Shown here piece after piece: positions 58,621-64,000 of a DNA stretch of 64,000 bases (its first letter is position 1; every line of letters starts with the position of its first letter). This stretch comes from a virus. The translations under genes and the position numbers were made by a program. The stretch covers positions 32,001 through 96,000 of IMG/VR virus record IMGVR_UViG_3300035182_000826; one strand, given 5' to 3'. The notes beneath the pieces were generated by a model that had not been told where the DNA came from, made no database searches, and saw nothing but the letters and a program-made list of their open reading frames with translations.

Positions 58621-58974
58621 ATGTCGCAATTCAAATTACTGTTCGAAGCAACTAGCAAGTGGGCGCCAATGCCATCTAAGGAAAACCATGCATCATGGTA
58701 CAACCTCAGTGAAGGCGTTGTAAAGCGTGATGGCGAAAATGAGACTTATCGCGCTAGACCTGGCTGGCCAGAAGAAAAGCCAGCAGCTCCAGCAGCTAAG
58801 CAGAAGCCAACTGGCTTTGAGACAAGAATCAAGAACTTGGCCAAGGCAGCTAATGTGTCTGAAACCGAGGTTCTGAACATTTACACTGATGAACATGAGA
58901 AAGCGCAGCACATTGACAAGAGCCGCCGAGCTCAGTTCATTTGGGCCGCCGTAAAAAGACGACTTGGCGTCTAA
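58621..58974 (+). CDS. Hypothetical protein
   Basis: TAAATA at 58599; MSQFKLLFEA leader. Confidence 0.55.
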   Translation: MSQFKLLFEATSKWAPMPSKENHASWYNLSEGVVKRDGENETYRARPGWPEEKPAAPAAKQKPTGFETRIKNLAKAANVSETEVLNIYTDEHEKAQHIDKSRRAQFIWAAVKRRLGV

Positions 58975-59044
58975 AGTGTGTTTGGTCCATCAAGCCCTGA
59001 AGAACTCGCAAGAATGGCTTCTGGCTTGAAGTCACGGAAAGACA

Positions 59045-59074
59045 AAGGGGCTCAGTGAGCCCCCTTTTCTTTTT
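59045..59074 (+). terminator. Intrinsic terminator
   Basis: GGGGCTCA-G-TGAGCCCC followed by T tract. Confidence 0.8.
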
Positions 59075-59124
59075 GTCCCGTGCGAAAAGTAATCCTCTGC
59101 CTTGTGCAGGTGTATGATTCACAA

Positions 59125-59430
59125 ATGAAGAGCACTTACACTGTTAGATTGTCATCTCACAAAATGGCGATTCTTGATACGGTGGATTACTACGGCCGTG
59201 GCCGTATCATCACCAGAATCAATGTGCCTGTTGAATTCACTGGTAAAGGTCATGGACGAGACCTTCTGGCGCAGGTCATCGCGGATGCTGATCGAGACGG
59301 GGTGACGTTGTTCCTGGAAATCTTCAGTACAGGAGCGATGTTATATGATGAGCTTGAGGCATGGTATATGCGTCATGGTTTCAAGCGGTGGAAGGGTGTG
59401 TACAGACGGGTTCCTGAGGTGAAGAAATGA
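59125..59430 (+). CDS. GNAT-family acetyltransferase
   Basis: INVP.EF.GKGHG..LL acetyl-CoA motif; WY.RHGF. Confidence 0.75.
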   Translation: MKSTYTVRLSSHKMAILDTVDYYGRGRIITRINVPVEFTGKGHGRDLLAQVIADADRDGVTLFLEIFSTGAMLYDELEAWYMRHGFKRWKGVYRRVPEVKK

Positions 59431-59876
59431 AACTGAAGAACGTCAAGAACACGAGAGGCGCCGTCCAAGTCCGGCGGCCGCGAAACCTTCAGCAAACAAA
59501 GATGTCACTTGTTTCTCGGATCGCCAATGAGACACGTATCTGGGCTGAACGCACGAACGAAAAGCTTGACGATCCATTTGATTCAAATCTAACGGGCATG
59601 TGTGCGATCGCCGCGGCACGCCTGTTCCTGAATCTGCAAAAAGAAAAGATTGATGCACGGATCGTTGCGAACAATCTTCACTGCTTTGTGACATGTGATG
59701 ACATTGTGGTTGACGTGACTGCATCGCAATTTGGCTATTCTGATGTCACGGTCATCAAGCGCGATATCGCAGAAAAGATCGACCATTGGAAGACAGTGCA
59801 TGTCTTTGAAGATGTTGATGCACTTGTGAAGTGGCAACTTGATTCCCGTTGGCCGCCGAACCAGATTGCTGACTAA
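59427..59876 (+). CDS. Hypothetical protein with papain/transglutaminase-like Cys-His-Asp pattern
   Basis: GMCAIAA...HCFV...VDVTASQF. Confidence 0.5.
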   Translation: MKLKNVKNTRGAVQVRRPRNLQQTKMSLVSRIANETRIWAERTNEKLDDPFDSNLTGMCAIAAARLFLNLQKEKIDARIVANNLHCFVTCDDIVVDVTASQFGYSDVTVIKRDIAEKIDHWKTVHVFEDVDALVKWQLDSRWPPNQIAD

Positions 59877-59894
59877 ACACTTCCATAGGAGTGA

Positions 59895-60116
59895 TTCAAG
59901 TTCATCAAGAACTTCGACGCATACCCGTTTGACGTTGAAATCAGGGGCGAATTCTCCGTGTACTTGTAGAACTGGATCGTGTTCTGGCCGTTCTACCTGA
60001 TCGATCTTTTCATTGGCCGAGGCCTGCGTGAATGGTCAAGGCGGATTTCCACCCACTTTGGCAAGATCTTCCAGTACATGCTGGACTCATCTGCCTCGTC
60101 CAAGTTCAAGAGCTAA
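59895..60116 (+). pseudogene. Gene fragment with internal TAG (membrane-protein-like)
   Basis: FKFIKNF...SVYL*NWIVFWPFYLIDLF...KFKS*; no start codon. Confidence 0.4.
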
Positions 60117-60134
60117 TCCATCACAATCAGGATT

Positions 60135-60157
60135 AAAAGGGCCATTTGGCCCTTTTC
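60135..60157 (+). terminator. Intrinsic terminator
   Basis: AAAAGGGCCA-TT-TGGCCCTTTT. Confidence 0.8.
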
Positions 60158-60364
60158 TTGTTTCTGAGATCTAACATCTCGGACATTACATGTGGCTTGC
60201 ACATCATCTCTGTCAAGTTCTGATGTCAACCAAATCAATCACTGCCGAGCATGGTGCTAGGCACCTGATTTGTGTGCCGTACTCGATCGACAATCTTCAT
60301 GTCAAATCCGCGCGTATCACAGAGATTGAGAGCCAATGACGGATTGTTAGCTCTAGAGTCATTA

Positions 60365-61690
60365 TGCGCATTAGCCGCGCGGGTTCAACGCGGGCCGGCG
60401 ACACGAGGCGACGCCGGCTCACCTCGACTAAGTGCTGTGCATAACTTATTGCCCGCACTGTCCGGTGTGAGCCGGACCTCACCGGTGTCGCCGAGGTGGT
60501 GCTCTATCGCTTAAGGCGAGCTGCACTTAAGCAAAGGTGTCAAATTAGGTGGTGTTCTTTGTGGTAAGGTGTTCTTTGTTTGTGTGCAGTGTGCGCAGAG
60601 CGCATTAGCCGACGAATAGCGGGTTCAATGGATTCTTCAATGGATTCTTCAATGGATTCTTCATTGGAGAGAGGTGATCAGTTCTTCATTGGAGTCAGTC
60701 ATAGTCGCTCTCACAGCGCGTGCTCATAGAGCGCATTAGCCGACGAATAGCGGGTTCAACGGGTTCGTAGGTGACCAGTTCTTCAGGTTCTTCATTGGAG
60801 TGAGGGTGGTGCTCTTAGTGGTGAGGCGTACACAGAGCGCATTAGCCGACGAATAGCGGGTTCAATGGGTTCAATGGGTTCAATGGGTTCAATGGATTCA
60901 ATGGATTCAATGGATTCAATGGATTCAATGGATTCAATGGATTCAATGGATTCAATGGATTCAATGGATTCAATGGATTCAATGGATTCAATGGATTCAA
61001 TGGATTCAATGGATTCTTCATTGGAGTAGGTGGTCAGTTCTTCAGGTTCTTCATTGGAGTAGGTGGTGTTCTTTGTGTTTGTGTGTGGTGCTCATAGAGC
61101 GCATTAGCCGACGAATAGCGGGTTCAATATCATCCGGCGACACGAGGCGACGCCGGCTCACACCGGACAGTACAGCCAATAAGTTATGCATAGCACATAG
61201 CCGGTGTGAGCCGGACCTCACCGGTGTCGCCGAGGCTGTGCTCTATCGCTTATGGCGAACTGCACTTAAGAAATGTGTCAAATTAGGTGGTGTGCTCACA
61301 GTGCGCGCTCATAGAGCGCATTAGCCGACGAATAGCGGGTTCAATGGATTCTTCATTGGAGTAGATGATCAGTTCTTCATTGGAGTGGGGGTCAGTTTTT
61401 GTGGTGAGGCGTTCACAGAGCGCATTAGCCGACAGATAGCGGGTTCAATGGATTCTTCAACAAGTTCTTCATTGGAGTGGGTGGTCAGTTGCTCACAGTG
61501 CAGTGTGCGCAGAGCGCATTAGCCGACGAATAGCGGGTTCAATGGATTCTTCACGCAGTGTGTACACAGAGCGCATTAGCCGAGCACCACCTCGGCGACA
61601 CGAGGCGACGCCGGCTCACCCCGTATTAGCGACTCAATAAGTTATGCACCACATAGGCCCGGCAATTGCCGGGCCACCACCGGCAAAACC
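60365..61690 (+). repeat. Non-coding repeat complex: seven 32-bp direct repeats, three palindromic elements, 9-bp microsatellite; candidate origin
   Basis: AGAGCGCATTAGCCGACGAATAGCGGGTTCAA at 60597, 60728, 60834, 61096, 61313, 61417 (variant), 61511; palindromes at 60395, 61134, 61592. Confidence 0.92.
60864..61016 (+). repeat. 9-bp tandem repeat, 17 units
   Basis: (AATGGGTTC)3(AATGGATTC)14. Confidence 0.95.
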
Positions 61691-61724
61691 CAAGCACAGT
61701 GTGCTAAGGTGCCTAGGTTTCTTA

Positions 61725-61862
61725 AAATGTCACTATGACATTCGAAGCCTGGCTGGACGACTACTACGCATGAGCAAGTTCTGGTACATGATCGGCATTG
61801 ACCAATTTCTGCATATGCTCACGTATCTGGGTTTCGTTGCGTTTTTGTGTGGAGTACATTAA
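61725..61862 (+). pseudogene. C-terminal fragment resembling DUF3307 membrane protein
   Basis: HYDI...FWYMIGIDQFLHMLTY; 5' part runs into the repeat complex. Confidence 0.45.
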
Positions 61863-62182
61863 TGGTTTCGATTGCAAAGACAATTGACCAAGAGGTCGAA
61901 AGAATTGTTCTTGAACATGTCAGGTATCAGACATCTGATGATGATCTTGAGCTAATTGATCTTCGGCGTCCATTTGAGGATCTGACAATTGACAGTCTAG
62001 ATTTGATTGAGATTGTCATGATGTGTGAAGATGATCTGGACCCCCTGATCACCCGTTTGAATAACGCTGGAGAAAATATCAGCCACGAAGTTTCTTACAT
62101 CCCAGAAGAAATTGTTGAAAATTTCAAGACCCCTTATGACATCATCGTTTACGCGCAAAACAAATTGAAGGAGAATTTGTAA
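61862..62182 (+). CDS. Acyl carrier protein-like
   Basis: F.DL.IDSLDLIEIVM..ED...IPEE..E.F.T..DII.Y; acidic; GGAG RBS before ATG 61862. Confidence 0.75.
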   Translation: MVSIAKTIDQEVERIVLEHVRYQTSDDDLELIDLRRPFEDLTIDSLDLIEIVMMCEDDLDPLITRLNNAGENISHEVSYIPEEIVENFKTPYDIIVYAQNKLKENL

Positions 62183-62324
62183 TGATCCATGGAACACGCT
62201 CCCACTCAGTTAAGAAGAACCGTGAAGTTCACGTTGCTGAATATGCAGAGGCACTTGTCGAATATCACACTCGACTGCTCCAAGATCTGGAACTTGGTTC
62301 TTCTCTCTCCTTCTGAGGTTACCT

Positions 62325-62849
62325 ATGATTGAATACAACAGCATTGATGAACTTAATCGAAAGCTCCGGGAAGCAGATGCTTCCCCGGTCAATGACTGGG
62401 CTGATGACATTCGTGCAATGCATGTGAAATTTGGTGTCCGTGAAGTCATTCAGAAGCTTGACAATGAAAAGCTCATGGCGTTCATTGAGTTCCGATTGAA
62501 GTTCCTGGCTGAAGAACTCACTGAGGCCCAGGACGCATTCGCGAAGCTGAAGAGCCTCCAGGCAGCTGAGCTGACACCGAACGCAAAGTCTGAAGGTCTG
62601 AGCGCTGCTGATGACATTGTTGACGCAATGATTGACCTGTGTGTCGTTGCGATTGGCACGCTCGACGCGCTGAGTGTTGACTCATACCTAGCTTGGCGTC
62701 GTGTTCATGGCGCCAATATGGCTAAGGAACCTGGTGTGAAGGCAACTCGACCAAATCCACTAGGATTACCAGATCTGATCAAGCCTGAGGGTTGGACAGC
62801 CCCAACACACAGTGACAACATTGGCCAGCTTAAGCAGCTGATTGGTTGA
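62325..62849 (+). CDS. MazG-like all-alpha NTP pyrophosphohydrolase
   Basis: EEL.E, D...DL.VV, V..ANM.K, L.KPEGW..P. Confidence 0.85.
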   Translation: MIEYNSIDELNRKLREADASPVNDWADDIRAMHVKFGVREVIQKLDNEKLMAFIEFRLKFLAEELTEAQDAFAKLKSLQAAELTPNAKSEGLSAADDIVDAMIDLCVVAIGTLDALSVDSYLAWRRVHGANMAKEPGVKATRPNPLGLPDLIKPEGWTAPTHSDNIGQLKQLIG

Positions 62850-62916
62850 TGAAAGAGATGGAGAGTCACTGACTCTCCATCTTTGTAAATAGGACTCAAT
62901 GTTCAGGTGAGGAACT

Positions 62917-63765
62917 ATGCGTTCTTACAAAATCTCTTCCATCATTCCATCGACATCAGAGCCGTCAATCATTGTTCTTGATTCAAGTGTCGGTGACGTG
63001 TCTGCTTATTTCCATGGCAAGGTCTGGGTAAGCAATGACTACAGTTCGATTTACCCATTCTATGAGTCTGGCGACAAGCTCATTGTCGCAACAACGTTTG
63101 ACATCACTGGAAACGCAAAGTTCAACGGCACGTACACGGTGTACACGTCACTCTCGGCTAGTGATTATCAAAGCACTGTGTTTGATGGGGCACACACGAA
63201 GATCAGAATTCAAGAGGCACTTGACACCTCAGCCAGTGGTACTGATCTGACTGACGGATCGCTGGTGAACTTTTCCACGTACGTGTTCACTATTGCAGGT
63301 CAATCGCCACTAGTGATCTATGAAGGGCAGTCACATGATCCATTGATTGTGACTCTGCTAGGTAAGTACAAGGCTGGCTGGGCTGAACAGTTCATGCAAA
63401 GCATGATTAACATTTCACAGCATGGCTACGGCTCGTCACCGCCAGCAAATCCAGTACCTGGCCAGTTCTTTGTGAACTCAGCAGACCAATCACTTTCATT
63501 CTTTAACGGAACTTCTTGGGTTGTTCCTAACACAGCCACAGCGGGGCAGCGAGTGATCATTCATCAGACCGTAGCGCAGTCTTCATGGACGCTATCTCAC
63601 GGTCTTGGACTAGCTGCTCCGTACATTGCTGAGACTCAGTTCTTCGTGAACACATCCAATGGTGTGAAGGCAATCATTCCACAAGACATTACGTTCACGG
63701 ATTCGAACACCATCACCGTCACCTTCTCAAATGCAGAAAGTGGCTACGCCATCATTCGTGGTTAA
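62917..63765 (+). CDS. Virion structural protein with C-terminal THNLG-type module
   Basis: TAAATA at 62886; PPANPVPGQ.F motif; WTLSHGLG...IIPQDITF. Confidence 0.65.
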   Translation: MRSYKISSIIPSTSEPSIIVLDSSVGDVSAYFHGKVWVSNDYSSIYPFYESGDKLIVATTFDITGNAKFNGTYTVYTSLSASDYQSTVFDGAHTKIRIQEALDTSASGTDLTDGSLVNFSTYVFTIAGQSPLVIYEGQSHDPLIVTLLGKYKAGWAEQFMQSMINISQHGYGSSPPANPVPGQFFVNSADQSLSFFNGTSWVVPNTATAGQRVIIHQTVAQSSWTLSHGLGLAAPYIAETQFFVNTSNGVKAIIPQDITFTDSNTITVTFSNAESGYAIIRG

Positions 63766-64000
63766 GGGTTCATTTGCTGTGCTGTGAAGGCAGAGCCACT
63801 GGTCGACGAGTCTACAAGCTCCTTGATGGTGAATCACTATGGTCGATGGCGAGATCCAAATCCAAAATGCGCAGGTGTACAAGTAGACACATGTGAACCA
63901 TCCCAGCAATAACTGGACGCGTGAGCCAATTGCAAATTACAATTGGCTCTTTGCGTTGTTCGCTGCCTGACCTGACGAGTACACATTCAGACATGACCGT

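Noticed and set aside
59967-59969. Stop-codon reassignment (in-frame TAG)
   Set aside because: Core genes are full length under the standard code and TAG ends the 6292-6906 gene at the family C-terminus; a pseudogene is the simpler explanation.
60597-61590. CRISPR array (32-bp direct repeats)
   Set aside because: Spacers vary from about 25 to 230 bp and are made of shared sub-repeats rather than unique sequence; no cas operon in the window.
63766-64000. Short ORFs at the right edge
   Set aside because: No recognisable motif, RBS or consistent frame; cannot be supported.
1-64000. tRNA or rRNA genes
   Set aside because: No cloverleaf or rRNA-like sequence recognised in the intergenic gaps by eye; tRNAscan-SE or Infernal would be needed to exclude them.

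Overview
A 64-kb segment of a large T4-like (contractile-tail) phage of a Gram-negative host, read with the standard genetic code. It holds virion fibre and structural genes, a spanin pair, an M23/GH108 peptidoglycan hydrolase, PAAR, and a minus-strand baseplate operon (gp6, gp25, gp5, gp53-like). It also carries the gp55 late sigma factor, gp47/gp46, endonuclease VII, primase and helicase, and a head module (gp20, gp21, gp22, gp23), plus an HNH/Hef-like endonuclease, a GNAT, an acyl carrier protein and a MazG-like hydrolase. Family calls come from motifs recognised by eye, not database searches. Three things are not explained by ordinary annotation. (1) At least 10 copies (5 intact, the rest broken or relic) of a gene built from 78-bp/26-aa repeats with a constant scaffold and variable residues on one predicted helix face; two clusters are inverted relative to each other and chimeric. 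(2) A dispersed ~100-bp palindromic element whose 34-bp centre occurs in both orientations (flip/flop); it is tied to a 32-bp iteron-like array at 60.4-61.7 kb, and its arm sequences also occur inside two genes. (3) A minimal family-A/T7-RNAP-like polymerase gene directly upstream of primase-helicase whose 3' end encodes one arm of that element.
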